Assembly (NCBI GenBank): GCA_014729775.1
Contig: WJJJ01000006.1
Span: 16,694 to 80,693, forward strand
Source of the DNA: Candidatus Omnitrophota bacterium
GTDB taxonomy: Bacteria; Omnitrophota; Gorgyraeia; Duberdicusellales; 4484-171
DNA: 64,000 bases
Direction: 5' to 3'
In this document: piece after piece, positions 28,785-37,925 of the stretch
Numbering within the stretch: the stretch's first letter is position 1
Layout: every line of letters starts with the position of its first letter
Made by a program: the position numbers and the translations under genes
Notes under the pieces: model-generated
Seen by the model: only the letters and a program-made list of their open reading frames with translations
The model's database searches: none
What the model was told of the DNA's origin: nothing

Positions 28785-29469
28785 GTTTTTTCCTTCGTAG
28801 ATGTTCTAGACCCCGTGTTTCACAAGTGATACACCGGTCTTCCTATTCCAGATGCATCGGCCCCCGGGGTGGATAAATGGACTCTGCAATCCCTCAGTTT
28901 CGCGCCGTTTTTCTGCCTTTTCATAAATTAAAATTGCGAAACGTATTTCCAGACTTCCTGAGACAAAAATGTAAATCCCTCTACCCGCCTATTTTTCGTA
29001 AAAAAATCCCGAATACAACACACAACACTACACCGCGCCTACAGAGAGAATATCAACTAGGATACAGGCCCTCAAATAACCAAGCTCCCTTTTTAATGGG
29101 AGGGCTTTCCGGTGGACCGGGGCAAGATCGGTGAAATATTTTTGCCGATCGGTAACAAGCTTATATCTCCCGATTTTAAGCTTTTCCTTTACACTTACCT
29201 AAAAGCTCCTGATCCCGCGCTCGGCGTTTCGTTTATTCAATTGATTTTCCCTTAGGAAAAATCCGTAGAAGATTTTCGCAGGGTGAGCGGGGAAGGAAAA
29301 AGCGGTATCTGAGCGAATGGACGAGCGAGTTCGCTTTTTTCCAGTGAAAGCGGCGAAACACTACACCCAAAACATCATGCGATGCTGCACCCTCAGCTTT
29401 CCGGCACGCTCTTCTCGCCTTCCTCCCACTCCTCCCCCGCCGGGAGGGTCCATCGCGCAAGGTGGACTC

Positions 29470-31320
29470 TTACTTCCCTGTCGCTTCTTCCATAATCTCC
29501 GTCATCCGTTTAAAAAACTCCGGCGACGGAGGTCTGTTCTGTTCAAGCGCGAGCGCCCCCTCATACAGCTGAAGGATGTAGTTTTTCAGGCGGGGGTCGT
29601 TACTATCGGCCATGTACAATTTGGAAAGGTTTTTCGTCAGCGGGTGTTCAAGGTTAATCTCCATGATCTTCTTCGATGCGGTAAAATTCTTGTCCATCGC
29701 GGACATGAGCTTCTCCATCTGCGCGTCCATGCCCTTGCTGCCGGCCACCAGCGTCACCGGCGAATCCACCAGCCGTTTCGACGGCCGCACGTCCTCGACC
29801 GTATCGGCCAGCGCGGAACGGAATACTGACAGCAATCCCTTGGATAAACTGTCCTGCGGCGTCTCCACTTTGCTCTCGGCTTCGGCCACATCGGCCTTGT
29901 CCGCCGATTCAAGCTTCTTCTTCTCGTACTCCCCGATCGAGGGCACGATGAACACGTCCACCGGATCGGTCAGGAGAAGGACTTCAATCTCGTTCTTGCG
30001 GAAGTATTCCAGATTCGGGTTGCGTTCCAGCATCTGCCGGTTCTCCCCGGAAAGGTAATAGATCGCTTTCTGATCCGGCTTCATCGCCTCGACGTACTGC
30101 TTCAACGACACCAGCTCCCCGGCGCCGCGTTTTGACGATTCAAACCGCAGCAGTGACAGGATCGTATCGCGGTTCTCGAAATCCACCTGCACACCGGTCT
30201 TAAACAGCGGACCGAACTCGCGGTAGAACTTCTCATACTTCTCCCGGTCGGTCTTAGCCCAATCCTGCAGCATTCCCAGAACCTTGGAAGTGAGCACCTT
30301 GCGGATCCGCGCGGTGGTCGGGCTCGACTGTGTCACCTCGCGTGAAACGTTCAAGGGCAGATCCGGCGTATCCACCACGCCTTTGACGAAGCGCAGATAT
30401 TCGGGCACAAGCGCCTTGGCGTCATCCTGGATCATGATCTTGTTGGCGTAAAGGTGCACTGTCTTCTCGTGCTGATAGCCCCAGGTACTCAGCGGAGCCT
30501 TGCCCGGGATGAACAGCAGCGCTTTGAAATTCACCGTGCCCTCCAGCGACAGGTGCAGATGTCCCATGGGCTCGTCGGTATCGTTGGTCAGGAATTTATA
30601 AAACTCATTGCGTTCGCTTTCCGAGACCTCATCTTTCTTCCGCCGCCACAGCGCCTCCACCGTATTGACTTTTTCATTATTGAGCAGTATCGGGAAATCG
30701 GCGAAATTGGAATAGCGGGTGATGATGCCTTTGACCGCATAGGGCTGGCTGAATTGCTGTGAATTCTCTTTAAGCGTAAATGAAATCTTGGTGCCCTGCG
30801 CTTTGCGGTCGATCTCCTCGACCGTAAACTGCCCGCTGCCTGTCGACGTCCAGCGGAAAGCCCTGCCATCCGGCGCGGCGTGCCGCGTTTCGACCGTCAC
30901 CTCATCGGCGACCATGAATACCGAATAGAACCCGATGCCAAAACGCCCGATCAGGCTCTCCTTATCCGCGCCCTGCCCCTGCTTGACCTGCTCCAAGAAC
31001 TCCAGCGTCCCTGAACGGGCCACCGTGCCCAGGTTATTGATCAGCTCATCCCTGGTCATGCCCACGCCGAAATCCTCAATGGAAAAGGTGTGTTTTTTCT
31101 CATCCACGCTGATGCGAATCTCCGCGGGCAGAGATTCATCGAGTACGGGCTGGCCCGTTGCTTTGCGGAAGCGCAGTTTATTCAGCGCGTCGGAAGAGTT
31201 GGAAATGAGTTCGCGTAAGAATACTTCGGGATGGGTATAGAGTGAATGGGCGATGAGATGAAGCAACTGCTTCATCTCAGCTTTGTATTCGTACGTCTGC
31301 GGCGTCGTCTGGTTACTCAT
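29470..31320 (-). CDS. htpG: molecular chaperone HtpG (Hsp90)
   Basis: The N-terminal ATPase pattern EVFLRELISNSSDALNKLRF, including the conserved NASDA-like segment (NSSDA), GIGFYS, and a full-length 616 aa. Confidence 0.9.
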   Translation of the reverse strand: MSNQTTPQTYEYKAEMKQLLHLIAHSLYTHPEVFLRELISNSSDALNKLRFRKATGQPVLDESLPAEIRISVDEKKHTFSIEDFGVGMTRDELINNLGTVARSGTLEFLEQVKQGQGADKESLIGRFGIGFYSVFMVADEVTVETRHAAPDGRAFRWTSTGSGQFTVEEIDRKAQGTKISFTLKENSQQFSQPYAVKGIITRYSNFADFPILLNNEKVNTVEALWRRKKDEVSESERNEFYKFLTNDTDEPMGHLHLSLEGTVNFKALLFIPGKAPLSTWGYQHEKTVHLYANKIMIQDDAKALVPEYLRFVKGVVDTPDLPLNVSREVTQSSPTTARIRKVLTSKVLGMLQDWAKTDREKYEKFYREFGPLFKTGVQVDFENRDTILSLLRFESSKRGAGELVSLKQYVEAMKPDQKAIYYLSGENRQMLERNPNLEYFRKNEIEVLLLTDPVDVFIVPSIGEYEKKKLESADKADVAEAESKVETPQDSLSKGLLSVFRSALADTVEDVRPSKRLVDSPVTLVAGSKGMDAQMEKLMSAMDKNFTASKKIMEINLEHPLTKNLSKLYMADSNDPRLKNYILQLYEGALALEQNRPPSPEFFKRMTEIMEEATGK

Positions 31321-31371
31321 TGCACACTCCTTTGGTGGTACTTAGTTATCTTACCGAATTTTACCGTTTTT

Positions 31372-31695
31372 TCAACCCCTTTTTGCCTCATCGATCAGCC
31401 GGTTCAGGGTACGGTCATAGCGCGTCAAACACTCATCCATCACCACATCCGGCTCCCGCCCGGCCTCAAGGATCAGCTCAAGACACAGCACGGCCAGATC
31501 CCCGGCCTCGGTGATCCCGTGCGGATCGCCGGCCTCAAGCAGCGCACGGACTTCGTCCACGTGCTTCTCGGCCAGCCGAAGCAGTTTCTGCTCATGCTCC
31601 TTCCCTTTTCCGCCGTTGCAGTGCTGAGAAAGAGAGTGGATGTCCTTCAACCGCTCCTGGGCGTCACTGGTAAATATCGATGGTTGTCGCTCCAT
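31372..31695 (-). CDS. small MazG-like nucleotide pyrophosphohydrolase domain protein (tentative)
   Basis: EAGDLAVLCLELILEAG..DVVMDECLTRYDRTLNR resembles the MazG EELGDxLxxxxxxA...D....i..KL.RR helix pair. Confidence 0.35.
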   Translation of the reverse strand: MERQPSIFTSDAQERLKDIHSLSQHCNGGKGKEHEQKLLRLAEKHVDEVRALLEAGDPHGITEAGDLAVLCLELILEAGREPDVVMDECLTRYDRTLNRLIDEAKRG

Positions 31696-31767
31696 TTGTA
31701 TATCCGGCAGCCTCTCTCGACAGCGGCCACGATGCCTGTTTCGTCCTTCGGCTGCGTGTGCGTGTCC

Positions 31768-31860
31768 GCATATCAGGACATCAGTATATCAGCAGGCAAC
31801 AGATCAATGTATCAGGTGATCAAGAATTATGCGCATGCATCCCGGCCTGCTGCTTCTCCG
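31768..31860. repeat. intergenic repeat element copy A (ATATCAG family)
   Basis: GCATATCAGGACATCAGTATATCAGCAGGC ... GCCTGCTG inverted partner; 27/29 identical to copy C. Confidence 0.55.
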
Positions 31861-31945
31861 ACACCCTGACTACTACTCCCCTCGTCTGCCGGCCCGCTCT
31901 CTCCGACCCTTCCCTTCCAGGCTTCTTACCTCTTCTTCCCGTCTC

Positions 31946-32311
31946 TCACGCCGCATAAATAAACACCACGCCCACCGCGCAGGTAACCAACGCGAACACG
32001 CGGATCAACGGATCCGGGCTGCGCTCTATTTTTCCCATTATCGGCTGCAGCCCCCCGGAACGGAGCAGGAGGATCAGGGCGCCTTTGAGTACCGCGATCA
32101 CCCCGAACAGCGTGATCACAAACGACAAGCGGCACTGGGAGGCGGCAAAAAGAAGAAAAATTCCGACGATGAAGGCGATCGGCGCCGACCACAGGATCCG
32201 ATTACCCCGCTGCCAGAACACCAGCCACCGCCGCAAAATCTGAGGCCGGATGAGGTAGGCAACTCCCTCGGCCATGAATACAATACCCAGGAGTTTGACG
32301 ATTTCGGACAT
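31946..32311 (-). CDS. small hypothetical membrane protein (3-4 TM)
   Basis: 121-aa hydrophobic ORF flanked by repeat elements. No recognisable motif. Confidence 0.4.
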   Translation of the reverse strand: MSEIVKLLGIVFMAEGVAYLIRPQILRRWLVFWQRGNRILWSAPIAFIVGIFLLFAASQCRLSFVITLFGVIAVLKGALILLLRSGGLQPIMGKIERSPDPLIRVFALVTCAVGVVFIYAA

Positions 32312-32363
32312 ATCTCCCCCTTTTTTTTAACCCTAAACGCTAAATCCTCCACAAAGAAAAGTA

Positions 32364-32466
32364 AATCAGGATATCAGTTTATCGGAAACCATGAAAGTGT
32401 ATGCCGCAATGCGGTTTATCTGATAAACTCCCCACCCATATCCTGTGATACTGATATACTGTATCT
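32364..32466. repeat. intergenic repeat element copy B
   Basis: AAATCAGGATATCAG.. left end, CCTGTGATACTGATATACTGTATCTC right end, and an internal GTTTATC-T-GATAAAC palindrome. Confidence 0.5.
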
Positions 32467-32527
32467 CTCCTTTACTTCTTGCCTCTTACCTCTTCCCCTC
32501 CGGAATCAAGGATCCCGGATCGAAGAA

Positions 32528-33028
32528 CTACGTCGAGAATGTTCCTGTATGCATTACCTCTTCCACGCTCCTTTTTTCGTGCGGATGGAAACCTTCTTTG
32601 GGATAACCGAGAGAGATCAGGCTCACCAGCTTATACCCGGAAGGTACCTCCATCAATTCCAGGATATGGTCGGCGTATTCTTTTTTATCGCCGGCGATCC
32701 AGCAGGACCCGATGCCCAGCGCCCGCGCAGCCAGCAGAAGCTGGGTCGTCGCGGCACTGCCGTCTTCAAGGTAATACTTGGTGATCTTGCTCACCACGAT
32801 GACGCATGCCGCGGCGCCAGCCAGGAACTTGCCGTTGGGGCAGATCTTCCCCAGTTCTTTCAAACGGCCCGCATCCGTGATTACGATAAACTCCCACGGC
32901 TGTTCGCCCCGCGCGGTCGGCGCCAGACGCGCCGCGTCGATCATCCTGTGAAATGCGGGCGTCTCGATCGGCTTATCTTCATACTCTCTCACGCTGCAGC
33001 GATTTTTCACGGTTTCAAAAAACTCCAT
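32528..33028 (-). CDS. nitroreductase family protein
   Basis: RCSVREYEDKPIE..APTARGEQPWEF motif and GIGSCW near the C-terminus. Confidence 0.75.
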   Translation of the reverse strand: MEFFETVKNRCSVREYEDKPIETPAFHRMIDAARLAPTARGEQPWEFIVITDAGRLKELGKICPNGKFLAGAAACVIVVSKITKYYLEDGSAATTQLLLAARALGIGSCWIAGDKKEYADHILELMEVPSGYKLVSLISLGYPKEGFHPHEKRSVEEVMHTGTFST

Positions 33029-33033
33029 ACAAA

Positions 33034-33735
33034 TTATCCTCCTTTCTCACCCCAAAACAGATGCGCGACACCGGGAAACAAGACCCTGCGGCCGGCGCGC
33101 AGCGCCCGGGCCTGTAATAATCCTTCCATTACTTTATCCGGAGACAAAAACGTTTCGATTGAGGCACCTAAATAACGGTACGCCCGGCAGCGTCCGCCGA
33201 ACATCCTTACCGCGGCCGGGATCACGCCGAGATAGCGGCGGTACAATCCATGAATCATGCCCGTTTGCGGCGGGCACAGCTCCAGTATCCCCAGCCGACC
33301 GCCGGGCTGCAGTACCCGCACGCATTCGCGCAACGCGTCCACCGGCCGTGCGATATTACGCAGGCCGAAGGCCATGCTCACCGCGTCAAAAGAACAATCG
33401 GCAAACGGCAACGCGCAGGCATCGCCCCATATCCAGCATACGTGTATTTTCCCGCGGGAAGTTTTTTCCGCGGCTTTATCCAGCATTGCCTGGGTAAAGT
33501 CAAGGCCGGTTACCTCAGCACCCCGCCGCGCGCAGGCAATCGCTACATCACCACTGCCGCAGCAAACATCGAGCACCCGGCTTCCCCGACCGATCCGGAG
33601 TTCGTTAATCAGTGCCCGGCGCCAGAAACGGTCGAGATTGGCGCTCAGCAAATGATTGAAAAAATCATAACGGCCGCTTACCGAGGAAAACATCCGCCGG
33701 ATCTTTTCCGGACTTTTGCCTTCACTCACCGGCAT
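33034..33735 (-). CDS. ubiE: demethylmenaquinone/ubiquinone C-methyltransferase
   Basis: MFSSVSGRYDFFNHLLS.., SAM motif VLDVCCGSGD; typical UbiE/MenG. Confidence 0.8.
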   Translation of the reverse strand: MPVSEGKSPEKIRRMFSSVSGRYDFFNHLLSANLDRFWRRALINELRIGRGSRVLDVCCGSGDVAIACARRGAEVTGLDFTQAMLDKAAEKTSRGKIHVCWIWGDACALPFADCSFDAVSMAFGLRNIARPVDALRECVRVLQPGGRLGILELCPPQTGMIHGLYRRYLGVIPAAVRMFGGRCRAYRYLGASIETFLSPDKVMEGLLQARALRAGRRVLFPGVAHLFWGEKGG

Positions 33736-34117
33736 GCGCCCGGATCATATCCGCCACGGCTGACAGAGCTTCCTGATCCGCCTCTTTGGCGTGGGCAAAA
33801 TTCAAATCCGCGATGGCTTTTATCGGCACCAGATGCACATGCGCGTGAGGCACCTCCAGTCCCGCGACCATCACTCCGATCCGCTCGCACTCCACTGCCT
33901 GTTCGATCATCCGCGCAACCCGCTTAGCGAACACCGTCAGATCGCCCAGTAATTGATCATCGAGATCGAACAGGTAATCGATCTCCTGCTTAGGGATGAC
34001 CAGGGTGTGGCCGGGATTGATCGGCCGAATATCGAGAAACGCCAGAAAACGGTCATCCTCGAGGATTTTATGACAGGGGACCTCACCGTTGATTATTTTC
34101 GCAAACAAACTGGGCAT
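33722..34117 (-). CDS. HIT-family (histidine triad) protein
   Basis: HAHVHLVP histidine triad. Start chosen at MPSLFAKIING. 14-nt overlap with ubiE. Confidence 0.75.
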   Translation of the reverse strand: MPSLFAKIINGEVPCHKILEDDRFLAFLDIRPINPGHTLVIPKQEIDYLFDLDDQLLGDLTVFAKRVARMIEQAVECERIGVMVAGLEVPHAHVHLVPIKAIADLNFAHAKEADQEALSAVADMIRAHAGE

Positions 34118-34153
34118 GTTTCCTCCTTTTATCAATCCCTTTGTTACTTGTAT

Positions 34154-34594
34154 TCAAATATCCCGGGGGCATTTTCTCTTACATAGATTATCGACCGAAT
34201 AGGTATTGCACTCGACGTAAAAGAGCAGGAAGAAGAAATACAGCGCGTAGACCATCAGCAAACCTACCACGCCCCAGTCCTGCACCAGTCCCTTGCCGAA
34301 AACAAACGCAGCCATGAGCAGGATGCCGGCGGCCGACGCCGGAACAGTAGCCGCGCCCAGGATAAGCAAGAGACCGATCAGCGCTTCGAGCGGAGGCACG
34401 CTATAAGCGAATATCCTGACCAGGCCGGCCGGTAAAACCGTACCTTCGTAATCGCCGGCCATCTTTTCGGCGAACGGTTCGAGATTGGAGCCGAGCCGTA
34501 CCAGGCCGTGAATCAACATGTTCACGCCCATGGTGAAACGCAGAAGCAGGTAGGCGAAGGACTTGGTATTGTTCATAGACTTTATTTCAGTCAT
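34154..34594 (-). CDS. DoxX-family membrane protein
   Basis: 4 TM helices; LLLRFTMGVNMLIHGL is typical of DoxX. Confidence 0.6.
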   Translation of the reverse strand: MTEIKSMNNTKSFAYLLLRFTMGVNMLIHGLVRLGSNLEPFAEKMAGDYEGTVLPAGLVRIFAYSVPPLEALIGLLLILGAATVPASAAGILLMAAFVFGKGLVQDWGVVGLLMVYALYFFFLLFYVECNTYSVDNLCKRKCPRDI

Positions 34595-34706
34595 CGGATC
34601 GTTATTCCTGGACCACTGCTCCCGGCCCGACCTTTTTCCGTGAAACCGGACGCGCCGGCGTTGGTCCCCTCTCTTCCGTCAAGGATCAAGAACCCCGGAT
34701 CCGGAA

Positions 34707-35609
34707 TTAGAATGCTCTGTCCGATATCCGTTCACCCGGCCAGGTGCTCACGCCAAAATTATCTGCGAACCACATCACGATGCTGCGCCAGTTATCCCAG
34801 AACATCGTCATGGGAATAGTGTGGCCGTAACCCTTATCTACTTCGTAGGTAAACGACTTTCCGTATTCTTCATACCAGGATTTCAGCCTGCGCAGGGTTT
34901 TTATGGAGTTGTCCTTGCTGCCGCTGCGGAAATACATCTTGGGCAGACGCGACGCGTGAAACTTGGTAAAACCCGGGGGGAAGTATCCGGCACTAATCGC
35001 GAGCAGTTTGATCCGCGGATCGCGAGAGGCCACCTGCAGGGCGACGGTCCCGCCGAGCGAGTATCCCACCATCCCGATTTTGTCTTCGTCCGCATTGGGA
35101 ATCGACTGGGCAAAATCGATCGCTTTGACGAATGTCCGCACCCACATCGGTTGGGAACTTTCAAAATAATGGACGTTGACCGCGATAATCCCCTGGTTCA
35201 TTAAGTCGTAACCGAAGCGGCGATAACGCGAGGCACGCTTGCCCGTGATTCCGGCCGACCCGTGGATCACCAGCACCACGGGAGAACCAGGACGGCCGGG
35301 GTTGTAGACATCTACCTTTACCCGCTTGTTGCCCAGAGTGAGATATTCGGTGGATTCTCCCATGGAAACCGCTTCGCCCTGATCGATCGCTTCCCCGTGC
35401 TCTCCGCTCCCGGCGCCTTCAATCGATTCAATATCCGATTTCCAGTAGGTCAGCGGCACCCCGGATATTTCAATCTTCACGTACTCCCCGGTCTGCTCGA
35501 CAATCTTCCCCCGCACTTCGTTCCCGTTCTTGAGCACGAGGGTTTCAGCACAGAGCGCGAACGGAAGAAAAAAAAGAAAAGATAAGCTGAGCGTGAATAC
35601 CTTCTTCAT
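34707..35609 (-). CDS. secreted alpha/beta hydrolase, paralog of 15939..16853, with the shared N-terminal module
   Basis: GYSLGG nucleophile elbow, collinear with 15939..16853 over its whole length; module ETLVLKNGNEVRGKIVEQTGEYVKIEISGVPLTYWKSDIESI. Confidence 0.65.
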   Translation of the reverse strand: MKKVFTLSLSFLFFLPFALCAETLVLKNGNEVRGKIVEQTGEYVKIEISGVPLTYWKSDIESIEGAGSGEHGEAIDQGEAVSMGESTEYLTLGNKRVKVDVYNPGRPGSPVVLVIHGSAGITGKRASRYRRFGYDLMNQGIIAVNVHYFESSQPMWVRTFVKAIDFAQSIPNADEDKIGMVGYSLGGTVALQVASRDPRIKLLAISAGYFPPGFTKFHASRLPKMYFRSGSKDNSIKTLRRLKSWYEEYGKSFTYEVDKGYGHTIPMTMFWDNWRSIVMWFADNFGVSTWPGERISDRAF

Positions 35610-35681
35610 CTTACAATTTCACCGCACATCCCGCACCCGGAATCAAGAATCCAGAATCGAAACGATCCTGCCGCCTCCCCC

Positions 35682-36542
35682 TCATCTCAAACCCTCCAGA
35701 ACTCTCCCTATCACATCCGGTTTGTTCAGCGTAAAAAAATGCAGGCGTTCAAATCCATGCTGTTGCAAATCCCGGCACTGGGCGATAGTAAATTCAATTC
35801 CCCGCTGTTTCATTTCATCCGGTTTATCACGCAGACCTCCTAATTGTTCTTCGGTCCGCGCCGGAATCGTCGCTTTGCATACCGAAGCGAATTTCTTCAC
35901 TTTAGAAATATCGGTCAGAGGAAGGATCCCGGGCAGAATGGGAATATTCACTCCCCGCGCGCGCAGGGTATCATGAAAGCGGTAGAAGTAGGAATTGTCA
36001 AAAAACATCTGGGTCACCGCAAATTTTGCCCCAGCGTTGATCTTGGCAATCGTATGCTCGATGTCACGGTCGAATGATGCCGACTCGATATGACCTTCCG
36101 GATACACCGCCACGCCCATGCAAAAATCTCCCCGCTCGCGGATGAACCGCACCAGGTCCACCGCGTAGGAAAACTCCTGGCCCAGGAAATTGAACCCCTC
36201 CACTCCTTCCGGCGGATCGCCGCGCAGAGCCATGATGTTCTCGATACCGCGAGTGCGGTATCCATCCAGCACGCGAGTGATATCACTGCCCGCAGCCTGC
36301 AGCGAGGTAAGATGCGGCATTACCGTGAAATCACTCTCGCGCAGGAGAATGTCCACAGCGTCCAGTGTTTTGTCCTGGCTGCTGCCACCGGCGCCGCAGG
36401 TCATGGATACGTAGAGCGGATCATAGTTCTCCAGCAGCCGTAGATTATTCCGTAACGTCCGGGCGCCCTTTTCGGTCCGCGGAGGAAAGAATTCGAACGA
36501 ATAACCAGATGACCGCTGAGAAAGGATCTGGGAAATTTTCAT
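35682..36542 (-). CDS. metF: 5,10-methylenetetrahydrofolate reductase
   Basis: FEFFPPRTEKG, SMTCGAGGS, TIM-barrel MTHFR motifs. Start chosen at MKISQILS. Confidence 0.8.
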   Translation of the reverse strand: MKISQILSQRSSGYSFEFFPPRTEKGARTLRNNLRLLENYDPLYVSMTCGAGGSSQDKTLDAVDILLRESDFTVMPHLTSLQAAGSDITRVLDGYRTRGIENIMALRGDPPEGVEGFNFLGQEFSYAVDLVRFIRERGDFCMGVAVYPEGHIESASFDRDIEHTIAKINAGAKFAVTQMFFDNSYFYRFHDTLRARGVNIPILPGILPLTDISKVKKFASVCKATIPARTEEQLGGLRDKPDEMKQRGIEFTIAQCRDLQQHGFERLHFFTLNKPDVIGRVLEGLR

Positions 36543-36600
36543 ATGGGACATTATATCAAACAATCCCTGTTTTCTAAGTGGTTTTTAGGGATAACCGCGA

Positions 36601-37005
36601 TCAAAACTCCCGGAATCCGGTAAAGCGGGCATCCTGCCTCTTCTCCAGCATCCCCCGAAACCTGTACTTCAGCCAGCGCTTCAGCACCTGACGGGTCACG
36701 GGAATCAGTCCCAGGAATCCGAGGATATCGGTAAGGATCCCGGGTGTAAGCAGAACGACTCCGCTGGCGAGCACGATCACCCCCTCCAGCATCCGTTCAG
36801 CCGGCATGATACCCTGGTCCAGCTCCCGGCGGATATCGCGGATCAAAATGAATCCCTGCGCCCGCGCCAGGTAGGCGCCGCATACGCCGGTCACGATCAC
36901 CAGCAAGACCGTATTCAGCGTACCGATATACTGACCGATCTGGATCAGCAGAGCCAGTTCGATCAGGGGCACTAGAGTAAACAGCAGTAAAAGGTATCCA
37001 AACAT
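36601..37005 (-). CDS. fxsA: FxsA family cytoplasmic membrane protein
   Basis: LLLLFTLVPLIELALLIQIGQYIG..VIVTGVCGAYLARAQGF matches the FxsA N-terminus. Confidence 0.65.
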   Translation of the reverse strand: MFGYLLLLFTLVPLIELALLIQIGQYIGTLNTVLLVIVTGVCGAYLARAQGFILIRDIRRELDQGIMPAERMLEGVIVLASGVVLLTPGILTDILGFLGLIPVTRQVLKRWLKYRFRGMLEKRQDARFTGFREF

Positions 37006-37195
37006 AAAGACTCCTTTCCGCGTAATGGGGGGCCGCGTCCTTCAATCACGGTTACGGAACCCGTTTCAGTTATGCACAGTGGCAACCACGCGCATACACA
37101 TAAAGAACAAACTACTTCTCTCATTATTGTACACGGATTCCGGTCTCGTTCAACCGCGGATAGAGAAAAAGGAAAGGATGCGTGACGGGAATGGT

Positions 37196-37810
37196 TCAAC
37201 TCACGGGTTTCTTGCGGGCAGAACCCGGACGGCGGCGAAGCTCGTTGACTTCCCGCCGGAGCGTTTGCACCGTCCGTTCGAGATGCGCACCGTACAATTC
37301 GGCTTCGGCGCGGGACTGACTCACGGAGGAAAGCGCAGATTCAGCTTTGTTACGCCGGAGCCGTTCATTCCGGGCGCGCGCATGATCGGATATGTTCCGG
37401 ATCACCCCCACGATAAACTTTCGGCCCTGCTCATCGATATACAACGTTTTTTTAGTCACGATCGTGTGGGTAATTCCCTGCCGGTCGGTAAACTCTTCCT
37501 CGTTGATATTGGACCGGCCGCTTTCAAACACTGCCTCATCCTGCTCATAAAAAACTCCCGCTTCTTCGGCCGGAAAATAATCATAATCGGTCCTTCCCAG
37601 CAGTTCCTTGAGGTCAAATCCCATAAACCGGCAATAGGCCCTGTTTAAAAACACCCAGCGGTGCGCCCGGTCTTTGACAAATACCGGATCGGCAATACTG
37701 TTGACTACATTTCGGAAAAAAGAGGAATTTTCTTCGGGAGAAACAACGGCGGCAACCGGAGAAGTCTTTCCTCGAAAAACCTTCTTCGGTTCTATTTTTT
37801 GTTTTTTCAT
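37196..37810 (-). CDS. PAS-domain protein
   Basis: FRNVVNSIADPVFVKDRAHRWVFLNRAYCRFMG..G..DYDYF is a PAS fold signature; a coiled-coil tail follows. Confidence 0.5.
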   Translation of the reverse strand: MKKQKIEPKKVFRGKTSPVAAVVSPEENSSFFRNVVNSIADPVFVKDRAHRWVFLNRAYCRFMGFDLKELLGRTDYDYFPAEEAGVFYEQDEAVFESGRSNINEEEFTDRQGITHTIVTKKTLYIDEQGRKFIVGVIRNISDHARARNERLRRNKAESALSSVSQSRAEAELYGAHLERTVQTLRREVNELRRRPGSARKKPVS

Positions 37811-37925
37811 CGTGAATGGACTGTCTGTGAACAGACAGCCGTTTTTTTCCGCGGCGGGAATTTGTCCCCGCGTCTACACGGATTTATCTTACTCCCTGAG
37901 GGAATATTGTCAAGACATATATTGA

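Noticed and set aside
29270-29300. SRP RNA / RNase P RNA in the htpG-TPR gap
   Set aside because: Only a partial GGAAGGAA..AGC resemblance was seen. The conserved GGUCC / AGGAAAGUCCGG cores are absent.
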